Shown: positions 22,840 through 34,647, numbered from the stretch's first letter. The stretch is 64,000 nucleotides of DNA from an uncultured Nitrososphaeraceae archaeon (GCA_963837175.1 CAWIMJ010000052.1:1-64000); one strand, 5' to 3'. The notes: a model not told the origin generated them from the letters alone. A program made the numbers and translations.

Positions 22840-23070
22840 ATAAGTAATTGACTCATTATTTTCTGCTGATAAAATATATCAGAGCCGTAAACAGTGATTC
22901 AGTAGAGTTGTATTCGCCTTTAGCCATGAATGCTTTACTCTTCTTCTTTTTTATATTCAGTTAACATGTTGTTGAACAGAATTTCTGATCTTCTCTCAAA
23001 CTATACTCAAAACTATTCCAAGATTCTATTTCTTTTGCAATTACGTTTTTTCCTCTACCATAATGTACTG
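22840..23070 (-). pseudogene. Degenerate conserved archaeal hypothetical protein
   Basis: NVIAKEIESWNSFEYSLRED...KAFMAKGEYNSTESLFTALI..QQKI, with frameshifts. Confidence 0.55.
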
Positions 23071-23475
23071 CTTTAATCCTTAATGATGGATAGATCCAAT
23101 TTAAGAAGTAAAACACGAATCAGAAAAAGAAGAGGTAGTAGTGTATATATACATCCAAACTGATAATTCATTTTTTTCAAAATAAAATAGATGTGGAGTC
23201 AATTAGCTCTAACATGTAAATAGATTAGACGCTGAAATACTGAAAGCAAATTTTTACTCTTTTTTTCTCTCGATACAGAGCCATTCATGGTATATAGCTG
23301 GTAATATCCTGTATTTTATTCGCCTTAGTTTTTTTTATAATATATTATTATCTAGATGTCAGTAAATACAGAAATTAAATGAATTAAAGTAATAGAATCC
23401 TATCATCGATCCTTTTCAATATATTCACCAAAGGTCTTAACTAGGAGAATGTACAGATAGATAAATAGATATATT

Positions 23476-23799
23476 ATGCCTGATGAACGATTGGTTCAAT
23501 TTCTAAAAAATGGAAAGGATTGGGAAAGAAAAGCTACCAATATAGCTGGTGTGTTTTTACTCAGGTTACCTACATTTAAAGGAAGATCTGCATCGATAGC
23601 TATTGAAATTAATCCTGTAGATGCTTCTGGTTCTGTTACAAAGAAGAGAGGAATAGTGATTAGGTCAGCTCCAGAATTAGAAGAAATCAGTCGCCTTCTA
23701 ACAGATCCAAAAATAGATGAGATGGCAAAAATGATAGATGCAGTTAATCCGACTGAGGTTAAATCCACTTCAAGGAGTTTAGATGTCTTTGAAATTTGA
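23476..23799 (+). CDS. Conserved archaeal hypothetical protein
   Basis: Clean 107-aa ORF (KDWERKATNIAGVFLLRLP...IEINPVD...KKRGI). Confidence 0.75.
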   Translation: MPDERLVQFLKNGKDWERKATNIAGVFLLRLPTFKGRSASIAIEINPVDASGSVTKKRGIVIRSAPELEEISRLLTDPKIDEMAKMIDAVNPTEVKSTSRSLDVFEI

Positions 23800-23994
23800 A
23801 TTAACATAGATTGTTTGTAGTAGTAATAGTGCATCTGTTTTTTCTCCTTGCAAAAAGTTCCCAATCTTCTACTATTGCATACTCTACCGCAGCTTATAGA
23901 TAGATTTTGAGAGCACCAAAATATCATAAGCAATCATTTTAAAGACTACTATCTTTTTTTGATTGAGTTCAGGTAATCATCTTGCGCTGCAAAT

Positions 23995-24640
23995 TTATTT
24001 CCTGCTAATTATTGTATTATATATTGATTCTCCGTCATAACCATCACTTAACGCAAATGCTAATACCATATTAGCAACAGAGGTAAGAAGATCAATATCT
24101 AGAATAGACGGTATGTCAGTGTCATTACGATAATGATGATTTCTGTCTATAGCTGATCTGTTATATGCATCGATACATACATAGCCACTTGCTTCAATTG
24201 GTATATAGTCGCTATTATCTATAGGCCACTGATTTACATTGCTTAGGTTGGTATATAATCCATCGCCATTTGTTCCATCTTCTGACCAAGAATTTGGAAA
24301 GCTTCATTGTTTGTTGATAGAGATCATGTAGTATCATAATCTACTTCTACATTCGTGGTATCATCAGCGGCTAGAATCCGGCTTTACATACATAGCTGGA
24401 TTAACTACAGCATAAAGATCTACATTCAATTTTAAACATATTGAGCATACTGCTTAGATTCCCACAGTCCTCGTTCTTCTCCTGAAAAGAAATAAATCTA
24501 AAATTATATTAGACATATAATTGCAAAATTATACGAACAATATCTTTACAACCATACTGATATCGCTAGCGTTATCATCAGCTGCAAGAGCTCTTGATTC
24601 TGTATCATTAAGATCTCTTGTTAAATAGTGTCATAGTGTA
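23995..24640 (-). pseudogene. Peptidase M28 (aminopeptidase) pseudogene
   Basis: HYD, RALAADDNASD and FSGEERGLWES zinc-ligand motifs, among many stops and frameshifts. Confidence 0.75.
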
Positions 24641-24693
24641 TGCAAAAAAGAAGAATACACATCTAAAAAATCTAAAAGCATTAGTAATCACTT

Positions 24694-25939
24694 TTATTCT
24701 TTATCTTTATGTTCTTCTTCAGGAGCCTTTATCTTTCTAAAGTTTACATATAGTCCTATATCATAAGCTATTTTGAGTAATCCTCCTATAATAAAAGGAG
24801 TAGATAATGAGAGGGTATTGATGATAATACCCGTTAATGATGGACTAATAGCTTGCGCTATATTTCTTGATATATTAGTAATGCCAGCTGCTGCAACTCT
24901 TTCTTCTTCATTAACTACAGCAATAATATAAGACTGTCTTGTAGGAACATCCATCTGTGATAAAGCCATCCTTGCTAAATAGAATACAATGGCTACTGGA
25001 AGAGAAGGAGCAAATGCAACAAGAATAATGAGTACATTGGAAGGTATATGAGTAAAAACCATAGTATTAATCAATCCCACTTTATCTGCAATCTTTGAGG
25101 CACCTATAAATGAAAAAGCAGTAAGTACTCCAGCTACAGAGAAAATGTAAGATAATGTTGTTAAATCTGCTCCAAATTTAATAAAAAACCAAAATGAGAC
25201 AATACTTTGAATAACAAAACCGCCTGCAAATGAATCAATAGCAAAAAGACCGGATAGCTTAGCAACTATATTCTTAGACCTTGGCGATAACGTTTGTGTT
25301 AATGGCCTTGATATCTTTCCTTCTACTTCTATCCTATTTGATAATAAAAGATAGATTCCTATTACAACAATACCCATTATACTATACAAAATAAAAAGTA
25401 TTTTCATAGAATCAATTTGGTTTAATGTATTAAATTGATGTCTGAAGAATTGGTGGTAGACCAGAAAGTACAACTCCTCCAGACATTGCAAATGTTCCAA
25501 CCATATTATAAATTGCAAAAATAATATTCCTTTTCTTTCGGTTTTTTATTGTTTGTGGAAGCATAGCTTGTTCAATAGACAGAAATGGTCCTGTCTCTGA
25601 GCCAGTTACATTGATAGTTCCAATAAAAGCTGCTACAATTAGCATAAACTGGTTTTCTGTGCTAGCAAAGATTCCACCAGAGATTGACATTAATGCCGCA
25701 TAAATAATTAGAATTTTTCGTCTTCCTATTCTATCTGCATAAAAACTAGCTATTAGAGTAAAGATTACACTGTTTACTAATGTTACCGTAAGTATTAATC
25801 CAATGAAAGGATCATCAAATCCAATCAACTTCAGATAAATAGCGAGAATAATACTCAGAAAACCATAAGAAAATGTTCTAACCATTTTAGCAGCCAATAA
25901 TAGTTTACCATCGTTTGAAATCCAACCAAAAGTGAACAA
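24694..25939 (-). CDS. MFS transporter, +1 frameshift at about 25441
   Basis: ADRIGRRK motif A in the N-half; ADKVG and MDVPTRQSY in the C-half. Deleting one A joins LQ|HQFNTL. Confidence 0.9.
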
Positions 25940-27180
25940 CTTTGAGTAAATATTATAAAAATAGTCATTTTAAAGTATTTGGAATAATATTAATTGTTAC
26001 TTTTACATCGTCTCCGTCTGTCTTGATCAATTATGATTTGTCTTTTTCAGAAAAGTCAATGAAGAATTGAAAAAGATGCCAGAGATTGCAGAATTTGAGT
26101 TCAAAGCATTTATGATATAATTTTAAAAATAATGCAGATTCAGAAGAGCAATTGTATGAGATTGTTGAGAGGAAAGTAAGAGCAGGAGAAGAAATTAAAA
26201 TGTTTTAATTATGATTATTATATAGTCCGAGGGTCCAAATAGAGGAAGAGAAAGAGTAAGCGATAGTTCTTTTCAAGCCTTTTTTTATCATTACACAGAG
26301 ATGACAGTTTCAAAAAAGTCTCCATCTAACTAAACATATCCATATGAAAACATCTGATATCCTTTTGCAACTAGATTAGAGACATAATAGAAATGGTTTT
26401 ATTATTTTGGATTAATAATTACTGGTACGTGCAGGATTATGTGGTATCTGGAACAATAAACAAGAATTAGTTGATATTTGATATGTATACAGTTCTTCTG
26501 ATTTCATATTGAATTTTTTGATTTCTTTTGTTTATTAGATAGTTTTCTTCAGCTTTAATTTGTTGCTCTGTAAATTGCATAAGTTGTTCATAATGATGAA
26601 ATATAATAGACATAAGAATTGGCTGTATCCTTGTAGGTTTAGCGCAGCTATAAAGCCAAGCTGGTAGAATGGTAATATCATGCTCGCTATATTATGATAC
26701 TAATTTAGTACCTTAATCATAATTTATTTTAGCAAATGTCAGAAAGTGAAAAAACAAAGTGGAGATTAAGTACGGCATCTGATCAAAGAGATATAGCTTC
26801 ATCACTACACCAACAGAAGAGCAGGAAAAAAGGCAGAAATTACAAGAAAGAGTATACAAACAAAAGCAGAAGATATAGGTAGTGGAAGAGACTGAAGCCT
26901 TGTTACTAAAACAGAAGAAGTACCTATAACTGAACTGAACCTAGAAAACAGCAAAGAAAACAAGGAAGAAATTTTCTTAAGTCAAGTGATACTACAATGA
27001 ACAAAGAACCCATTAACAACTTAGCCACCATATCTAAGTAGCTTGAAAAAAACAAGCAAATTAACTGCCTAGAATAGAAAAGATTAGTTAACAATCACAA
27101 AAGCTTTCAATAAAATTGATAAACAATCAATCTTCTTCTAATCAATTAACTTCATAAATCACTTAGTTGAGTAAATAACA

Positions 27181-27393
27181 ATGTCGTCTGAATTTAACTC
27201 TGTTTCTGAATTAAAGAAATTACTTGATGCCAATTGCAAAATAGAAAAAATACAACCTTCTGTTTTTGCTTCAGATGCAGAAGTAAACATTGTAATAGTA
27301 ACAGTAGTATGTCCTGATGGTAAAACACAAACAATCAAAACTTATAGAGAAGAAGCAGCTGCTTTGAGAGAATTTATAAGAACATATAGATAG
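27181..27393 (+). CDS. Hypothetical protein
   Basis: Clean 70-aa ORF with an AT-rich promoter-like sequence about 30 bp upstream. Confidence 0.7.
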   Translation: MSSEFNSVSELKKLLDANCKIEKIQPSVFASDAEVNIVIVTVVCPDGKTQTIKTYREEAAALREFIRTYR

Positions 27394-27571
27394 ACGGGAT
27401 ATTCATTTATCTGAAGGGTAAAAGCAAGGAAGTAAGGAAACTTTAAAGTTTGGTATATTATTATTACTATGATAGTAACCTATTTTTTACACCAATATTG
27501 TCACTGATTACATTGAACCTACAAATTATACACATTACTATCTTGATCTGACCATTCTCTTGATCTCTAAG

Positions 27572-27620
27572 AGTTGAAGTTGCAAAATAGAATCAATTCT
27601 GTCCTGTGTTCCACCGAACC
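27572..27620. repeat. Dispersed repeat, putative IS/MITE terminus (longest copy)
   Basis: agttgaagttgcaaaatagaatcaattctgtcctgtgttccaccgaacc. Matches 9155-9190 (gagttgcaaaatagagtcaaatctatc) and 8851-8883. Confidence 0.55.
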
Positions 27621-27897
27621 AGCAAAATTTTACTCTTTAAAAAAAGAAAAAAGTGGTAATAATTTAGAATGACTTTTTCTTGCCTTATAGGTTGTTATTT
27701 GGGGTTCCACTGTCATACTTGGAGTAACAGTATGATAAAATAATAGTAAATACAAAAGTTAGGTTAAAGAGAGGTATATAGTATTGTAACATATATGATA
27801 AGTTTATAGTGAAAAGAGATTAGAGGAAATACTGTGGAGCTCATAATGATAACGATATATCCTCTCTATTTATTAGAATGAGTCATAAGATGTTGTT

Positions 27898-28329
27898 GTG
27901 ACTAGGGTAACCAAGATATCTGCTGTAACTTTAATAATCAAGAATATGAAGAGATCTTGCAATTTTTACTCTCAAATACCAGGGTTTAAGTTAGTATATG
28001 GGGGGTCATCTACTGACTCTTTTACTACATACCAAATTGGCGAATGTACTCCTACGATTTATCTAAACCTAGAACTAAGTATAGCCGCCAATAGTAATCA
28101 CAATGAGCATAGCAGAAGGCATTTTGGAAGGATAATTTTCCATACTGAAGATGTAGATAAACTATATTCATATCTGAGGAGTAATAAAGGCATCTCAAAT
28201 ACAATATCATTTGAAAATGAACCGATGGATGCGCCATGGGGTGAGAGGTACTTCCATATACGTGAACCAGATGGATATCAGCTTTCATTTGCAAAGCCTA
28301 TAAAGAAAAGAAAAGCCTTTAAAGTTTAG
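27898..28329 (+). CDS. VOC/glyoxalase family protein
   Basis: ISAVTL..KNMKRS..FY, IIFHTEDVD, APWGERYFHIREPDGYQLSF. Confidence 0.9.
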   Translation: MTRVTKISAVTLIIKNMKRSCNFYSQIPGFKLVYGGSSTDSFTTYQIGECTPTIYLNLELSIAANSNHNEHSRRHFGRIIFHTEDVDKLYSYLRSNKGISNTISFENEPMDAPWGERYFHIREPDGYQLSFAKPIKKRKAFKV

Positions 28330-28807
28330 ACTCTCTCTGCTATATAGCAACATACTTTAGCACCAATATCAGCATTCATCCCTTTGGATTAGAACCTTAC
28401 ATTATAATTAAAATTCTTTTAATATTCTCATCAACGTAAATTAATCCTTTTACCACAAGGAATATGATACGGCCAAACACATACTGATGCTAGTAACTAA
28501 AAGGATTACTTAAAGTAAAGAACCCTTTAGTAATAAGCAAAAAATGAATGAATAAATGAATTAAAAGAACAAGAATAAGGGAAGGAATTACTGGTCAGTT
28601 CCCTATCCTTATATGTTCTGCTGATTCTGGAGCCAAACTTAATAACATAAGTACTACTGCGCCTGTCATCAATGCTCCAATGATTACAAATAGTTTTCTT
28701 CTTACTTTACCATAGCTATGTTATGAACACAGCTGCTTGCATTGCTGCTGACAGAACTGCAGTAATTATAGATTAACACTTATTAGAGATCAGTTCAGTC
28801 ATATGAT

Positions 28808-29158
28808 ATGGAAGAAAAAGGTCATAGCGATAGCAATAGCGACAAAGATGATAAAAACGATTTAACTCATTCCAATCAATTTACACCAATTATGCCTTTA
28901 TGGCAACAATTTTCGCCTGTGGCTTGGAATAATATGTACAATGAATATATTAAATACACAACAAGAATGACTGAGATATACAATGAATATATTAAAAGCT
29001 CAGAAAGGATGGCTGAACTGTACAAAGAATTAGCTGCAAATACACACAGAATGACTGAACTGTACAAAGAATCTGCTAAGAGCACAGAGAAAATTACTAA
29101 TTATTGGTCAGACTTTTTTTGGAAGCCTTTGTCAGCGGCAAAAAAAGAAGAAGAATAA
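28808..29158 (+). CDS. Amphipathic helical repeat protein (four 14-aa repeats)
   Basis: MYNEYIKYTTRMTE/IYNEYIKSSERMAE/LYKELAANTHRMTE/LYKESAKSTEKITN, with 42-bp periodicity in the DNA. Confidence 0.75.
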   Translation: MEEKGHSDSNSDKDDKNDLTHSNQFTPIMPLWQQFSPVAWNNMYNEYIKYTTRMTEIYNEYIKSSERMAELYKELAANTHRMTELYKESAKSTEKITNYWSDFFWKPLSAAKKEEE

Positions 29159-29484
29159 GAATAAGGAAAAAAGGGCAAAGAATAATGTAATATACTAAAT
29201 AAGTTTTTTTTACATATTCTGAACTATCAAAAGAAAAATTACTATTTTACCGAAAATCAGAATCAATCAACAGTAACGATTGAGCGTAAGAATAGATTTA
29301 ATCTTTACAATTATCTTTGACAGGAAGGGAAATATCTGAATAAAGTAATAGAAGAGGTCAAAGAGAAAAGAAAACAGTGAAGAAAAATGTGAGTCATTAG
29401 TGTTTCTATCAACATCACCAATGATTAATCTATACTTGATCCTTGCTAAGCCAGACAACCTGATAGAAAATCTCAGTCATCGTC

Positions 29485-30879
29485 TTACTCTACAAGTAAC
29501 TTACTTTCGATATCTTTTATGACTATTGATTTTATATTAACAAATTCCCTAATACCATATTTATATAACTCCCTCCCATTACCAGAATGTTTTATCCCCC
29601 CAAAAGGCATCCTAGGATCAGTTTTAACTATTTCATTAACTGATACCATTCCGCTTTGAATTTGCCTTGCAAGATGGATACCTCGTTCAATGTTATTTGT
29701 CCATATACTCGCTCCAAGACCAAATTCCGAATTGTTTGCTTCTCTAATAGCTTCTTCTTCATTATTTACAACTATTATTGGAGCAACAGGACCATATACT
29801 CCTTCTCTTAATATATCCATTTGAGGAGTAACATTTGATATTATTGTTGGTTCATAAAAATATCCTTCTCTATTAATTACGTTACCCCCTGTTAATATTT
29901 TTCCACCTTTTGATTTTGCATCGTCAACCTGCCTGGTCAATGCTTGTCTATGGTTTTCTCTAATCAAAGGTCCAATGGTTGTCTGTGGATCCATGGGATC
30001 GCCTACGATTTCTGCTTTAATATTTTCTACAAATAGTTTCGAGAATTTTTCTGCAATTTCTCTTACTACAATAAATCTTTTTGCTGAAATGCTGCTTTGA
30101 CCAGTATTGAGAAGTCTTGATTGGATCGCCATATCCACAGTATAACTTAGGTCTGCATCTTCTAGAACCACAAACGGATCACTTCCACCTAATATCAAAA
30201 CAAATTTCTTTAAATTTTTAGACGCTAATTCTCCTATTCTCTTTCCTGCTCGTAAATTTCCATTTAATGATACTGCCTCAATTTCTGATTGTACAAGGAG
30301 TTCTCCTGATCTGTGATCTCCAATGACAACTTGGAATACATTCTCTGGAAATCCTGCATCTTTGAATGCTTGTTCAATTTTCAAAGCACTTCCAGGGCAT
30401 TTGCTAGAATGCTTTAGAATTCCTACATTTCCAACTGTTAATGTAGGGACTGCAAATCGTACTACCTGCCAAAAAGGAAAATTCCATGGCATGATAGCAA
30501 CTACTACTCCAAGAGGCTCAAATGAAACAAAACTTTTACGAAATTCAGTAGGAATTATCTGGTCACCCAAGAAAGACTCTGCACGTTCAGCGTAATAATC
30601 GCTAACCCATTCACATTTTTCTATTTCTGCAATTGATTGTTTTATAGGCTTACCAGTTTCTTCCGTAATTAGCTTTGCAAATGCTTCTTTATTTTTTCTC
30701 ATAACCCTTGCCAGGCTATGCATATAGAGAGCACGTTCTGAATTATCCAGTTTTTTCCATTGTTCTAAGGCTAGCCTTGAATTTTTGACCTTTTGAATGA
30801 TTTCGTCAGAATCCATATTCTCATAGGTTGCAATAACTTTTCCACTTGTAGGATTAATTGTTTCAATTGTTTTTGCCAT
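29485..30879 (-). CDS. Aldehyde dehydrogenase (succinate-semialdehyde DH-like) homologue lacking catalytic residues
   Basis: Full ALDH fold (IMPWNFP, FGGIKHSG.GRE) but with GQSS in place of GQSC and LILGG in place of LELGG. Confidence 0.92.
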   Translation of the reverse strand: MAKTIETINPTSGKVIATYENMDSDEIIQKVKNSRLALEQWKKLDNSERALYMHSLARVMRKNKEAFAKLITEETGKPIKQSIAEIEKCEWVSDYYAERAESFLGDQIIPTEFRKSFVSFEPLGVVVAIMPWNFPFWQVVRFAVPTLTVGNVGILKHSSKCPGSALKIEQAFKDAGFPENVFQVVIGDHRSGELLVQSEIEAVSLNGNLRAGKRIGELASKNLKKFVLILGGSDPFVVLEDADLSYTVDMAIQSRLLNTGQSSISAKRFIVVREIAEKFSKLFVENIKAEIVGDPMDPQTTIGPLIRENHRQALTRQVDDAKSKGGKILTGGNVINREGYFYEPTIISNVTPQMDILREGVYGPVAPIIVVNNEEEAIREANNSEFGLGASIWTNNIERGIHLARQIQSGMVSVNEIVKTDPRMPFGGIKHSGNGRELYKYGIREFVNIKSIVIKDIESKLLVE

Positions 30880-31059
30880 TTCTACAATAAGGATATTACT
30901 GGCTAATAATATAGTTTAGATTACTACCTTATTAATATCCTTTTATAACAAAGAAAATAGAATTGATGGAAGATAAAAATAATAATAATAATAATAATAA
31001 TATCATAGCTTCAAGTGCAAAATATGATGAAAGAGGATATTGTTATGCAGATTCTTATT

Positions 31060-31285
31060 CCCAAGAAAGAAAGATCAATCTGATTACGGAAGGTTTAGAA
31101 CCACTATATACTAAGGGTTAGCAAATATATCAAATGATAATGCTCAGACTGTTATCGATTTCACATTAAATACCAAAATAGAGGTAAATCTTTCAGATAA
31201 TCATATGAGAAAATTATATCAATCTATTAAACAAATTATCATAGTTTTATCATAATAAGAATCATTCAAAGAAATGAACAGAAGT
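31060..31285 (+). mobile_element. N-terminal remnant of a tyrosine integrase (thaumarchaeal type)
   Basis: ERKINLITEGLEPLYTKG..ISNDNAQTVIDF..KIEVNLSDNH..YINLLNKLS..SFKEM resembles the SAM-like N-terminus (recall). Frameshifted, with no catalytic domain. Confidence 0.6.
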
Positions 31286-31819
31286 CTTTCTTTCAGAACA
31301 GAAGTTAACAATTAGACACCATTTTGATTACATATTAATTATCCAAATCTAACAGCTTGTCTTAAATCATCCATCTATTGGTAGATTGAGTCCGCAGCGG
31401 CAATACCAAAATATCTGACGGAAGATATTCATGGCTAACTATGGGTAGCGTTATATCCATTCGGTATTTAACATCTAAACAGCAAGGCTACTCTAATGAT
31501 AATGCACTAAAAAGAAGGAGAGTGAAGTATTTATTTAAGATGGAAATCAAACACTTTTTCTTTTCAAAGCGTGTCATATGTATACGTATGATGTATTTTC
31601 TATCCCTAGTACTCAGAAATGATAGTCAAAGGATATTTTATAACCAAGAAGCGAACATCTTTTAGTCCTAATTCTAGTAAATAGCACTAATAATCATATC
31701 AACTACCACACGTATATTATTATAAATTAACTTTGAAGCAGCATCTTTGCTTTATCATTACCTGTCTCCCTCGCTGTCTCTTTGGTGCTTCAAACCTTAT
31801 TTGCATGATAAATGACACC

Positions 31820-32041
31820 ATGTTATTGAACTTGAAGGAATCACCATCATCATCACCATTAGTACAATCAACACTACCATTAAGATCACTACAAGAAATA
31901 CTACATAATAGAATCGTACAAAAGAAAGGAGAAATACATAAATCTCATAATAAAGCCTATAATGATAGCCTGTGGACTGAAATAGAAACATTACACTGGG
32001 TCTTGGCTCAAATACCCAAGCTGCTGCAACGATCACCATAA
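31820..32041 (+). CDS. ~70-aa helical hypothetical protein, intact member of a dispersed family
   Basis: PLRSLQEILHNRIVQKKGEIHKSHNKAYNDSLWTEIETLHWVLAQI. Paralogs at 56199 and 1355. Confidence 0.7.
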   Translation: MLLNLKESPSSSPLVQSTLPLRSLQEILHNRIVQKKGEIHKSHNKAYNDSLWTEIETLHWVLAQIPKLLQRSP

Positions 32042-32209
32042 CTGCTAAAGCTAATAATAGTAATAGTTAAATTGCTGTATTCAATATTAGAGTGGAAGCC
32101 AAAACCTCATGTATGAGCACTTTTTTGAGCCATCACGTGATTATATCACTTTGACTCTGCTAATGTAAATGCTTGTGTAAAATTTTTAAACTCAATTACG
32201 ACATTGTAG

Positions 32210-32626
32210 TTGTATAAACAGATGTATACTGATAGTACCACTACTAATAATACTAACAAACCGAGGAGAATCCTAATTGTAGATGATGAACCCGATATCA
32301 TCTCAGTCTTTAAGATGGTTTTAGAAATGAATGACTTTGAAGTTGACACCTATAACGATCCTTTGTCGGCATTAGCTAATTTTAAACAAAATGCATACGG
32401 CCTAGTAATATTAGACATTAGAATGCCACATATTAACGGATTTGAATTATATAAAAAAATAAGGACAGTTGATGATAAAGTCAATGTTTGTTTTATGACA
32501 GCCTTTGATGATTATCGCCAAGAGTTTAAGAAATCATTTCCAATGCTAGATGAGATAAAATGCTTCATTAGAAAGCCAAATGCAATAGAAGATCTGGTAA
32601 AACATGTAGCAACAATTCTAGGTTAG
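32210..32626 (+). CDS. Stand-alone response regulator (REC domain)
   Basis: ILIVDDE, LVILDIRMP..NGFEL, FMTA, FIRKP. Confidence 0.95.
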   Translation: MYKQMYTDSTTTNNTNKPRRILIVDDEPDIISVFKMVLEMNDFEVDTYNDPLSALANFKQNAYGLVILDIRMPHINGFELYKKIRTVDDKVNVCFMTAFDDYRQEFKKSFPMLDEIKCFIRKPNAIEDLVKHVATILG

Positions 32627-32745
32627 AGCACTACACACCCAAGTTAGTAGCTAATTCTGTAGAACCTAAATTTATGTATGATTATTCTGCTTAAAAATTC
32701 ATATAATTTACAATATCATCAAACCTACTGATCAATACTTATTAC

Positions 32746-33080
32746 TTAACATGATCTCATTATTTTATTTATTTCTTTTTACTATCTCTTCATTTTCAAT
32801 CGGCTCTCTAAAAAAGAGTTTTACCTAATTCACAACAATCTTGTTTTCTAAAATTTTTTATAATACATTTTGCTAACTGTTAAAAAGCAGGCTTTGATTT
32901 TTGATGTCTTGATTTTTCATTTCCTGATATAATTCAAAGCCATCCATTTGTGGCATTTTAATATCAAGGATAACCAAGTCATAAGAAACTGGTCTGAAAT
33001 TCGATAATGTTATCAGATGATCATTAAATGATCAACTCTAAATCCATTTTCCTCTTCAAACTTCCTTGCAAGTTCAATCT
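32746..33080 (-). pseudogene. Response regulator pseudogene
   Basis: YDLVILDIKMPQMDGFELYQEMK, KACFLT and PIENEEIVK, with frameshifts. Similar to 59569-59943. Confidence 0.8.
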
Positions 33081-33303
33081 TTGATGGAAGAAGCGATACT
33101 GCTACACAGTAGTTTTTCATTATTCAGGTTTGAATAAGGTGTTTATATTTAACCTTATTTAGAATTAGTAGTTGCAAGTATCATAAAGATATATGCCTTA
33201 TCTTAAACAAAAAGATAAAAGAAGTAATCTGGAATAGATACATTGAAGAAGGACCACCAGAAGAATATGAGAAATTCTTAGTTGGTCTAACTTCAAGCTT
33301 TTC

Positions 33304-34224
33304 TTATTTCGCTTTATTCTTTCGTTTCTCTACTTGTTGTTGTTGTATTTGTTGTGCTAATCTTTTAAGCTCCATATCAAGACCAGATGCAAATTCTTGT
33401 GGTGCATCTGGTATATTTGGTATAGCGACACCTTCTGGATGACCATCAATAACTTCCAATTCGCCATCCCCAAATGGTGAAGAACCATTAAAGATCTTTG
33501 CTAACCCTGAACTTTGACTAGAAGTATTAGGAGCAGTAAATGTCCATTGTTGGTTGTGAAGGTTTCTATTTTCTAATTCCTTAACTTCAGGCATCTTTGA
33601 ACTATCTAACTTTGGTATTGGTAAGGCTTTACCCCAATCTACTCCTAACGTCTCTAATGCCTTTGCAAATACTTTTTCATGTGCTAAGTCTCTAACTATG
33701 AGATAGGATACTGTAGCTCTGTATGCTTTATTATCGCTCATTTCATAAAGCCTGCATTTTTGTAATCTTCCTGTTGCTTCGAGTATTAGGTTATATAGCA
33801 TATTTAGAACCAAATTGCCACTATCATATACATAACTAGCTGACCAAGGATTACCAGCAGCATCTACTGGTCTAGAACTTTGTCCAGCTACTAGAAAATG
33901 GTGTATATTAGGTGATTCAAGTGCAATTGAAAGTGGAAGATCCTTTGGATCAGCTGCAGGACTTGAAGCACCTTCAAGTAAGATGTTGATAGTATTAGCT
34001 ACGAGTTCTACATGACCCATTTCTTCTGTTGCGATGCTTCTTAGCAGATCTTGATATGCCTTTGCCTCTCCTCTAAAGTTCATATTCTGAAATAGATATT
34101 GCATCATTGTCCTCATTTCTCCAAATTGACCACCAAGACCTTCTTGAAGTGCTTGGGCAGCTTTAGGATCTGGTTTATCTGATGGAGGTATTTGGTTTGG
34201 AAGTTTATTTATTGATTCAAACAT
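33304..34224 (-). CDS. Manganese catalase
   Basis: LGGQFGEMRTMMQYLFQ, IATEEMGHVE, LEATGRLQK.RLYEM, RDLAH. Confidence 0.95.
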   Translation of the reverse strand: MFESINKLPNQIPPSDKPDPKAAQALQEGLGGQFGEMRTMMQYLFQNMNFRGEAKAYQDLLRSIATEEMGHVELVANTINILLEGASSPAADPKDLPLSIALESPNIHHFLVAGQSSRPVDAAGNPWSASYVYDSGNLVLNMLYNLILEATGRLQKCRLYEMSDNKAYRATVSYLIVRDLAHEKVFAKALETLGVDWGKALPIPKLDSSKMPEVKELENRNLHNQQWTFTAPNTSSQSSGLAKIFNGSSPFGDGELEVIDGHPEGVAIPNIPDAPQEFASGLDMELKRLAQQIQQQQVEKRKNKAK

Positions 34225-34295
34225 GTTTTCTTCTTTCTAAGATTGTTAAACATATTAGTTATTTGTTATAGCTGGTTTGTCTGAAAGCTAAATCT

Positions 34296-34315
34296 ATATT
34301 CGCTAATACGAATAT
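34296..34315. promoter_or_regulatory. Inverted repeat ATATTCG-N6-CGAATAT upstream of Mn-catalase
   Basis: Perfect 7-bp arms about 70-90 bp upstream of the start. Confidence 0.5.
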
Positions 34316-34647
34316 TTTTGCATTCTACTATTCTTGAATCAAAATATAATACTTTTCCTTATTGCTCATAATTATGAACTGAAACAGAACCCGTAATAAA
34401 AGAAAATCTGTATCTATACAAATTAATAATATTCTCATTATCTGGATCAAATTTGACAGAGAGGTTGGAAAGGTATACAAACATATTTGATTTATTTGAC
34501 ATAGTAAATTTTTTAAATGTCTTAAGATAATAATAATAAAAGATATTTTTGAAATATTAACTTGTTCTCGTATAAAAAGAGGATCTTATAAACAATTTTA
34601 TTATACTATTATTAGTAATTAAGTACATATCAACAGCAGTAACATAT

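Noticed and set aside
26736-27075. Purine-rich stretch resembling a DUF2382/YsnF remnant
   Set aside because: Too degenerate to support an assignment.
28594-28715. Signal-peptide-like short ORF on the minus strand (RRKLFVIIGALMTGAVVLMLLSLAPESAE)
   Set aside because: No in-frame start; at best a decayed gene, so it was not called.
28930-29075. Spaced direct repeats as a possible CRISPR mini-array
   Set aside because: They are in-frame 42-bp coding repeats. There are no identical repeats with unique spacers and no cas genes.
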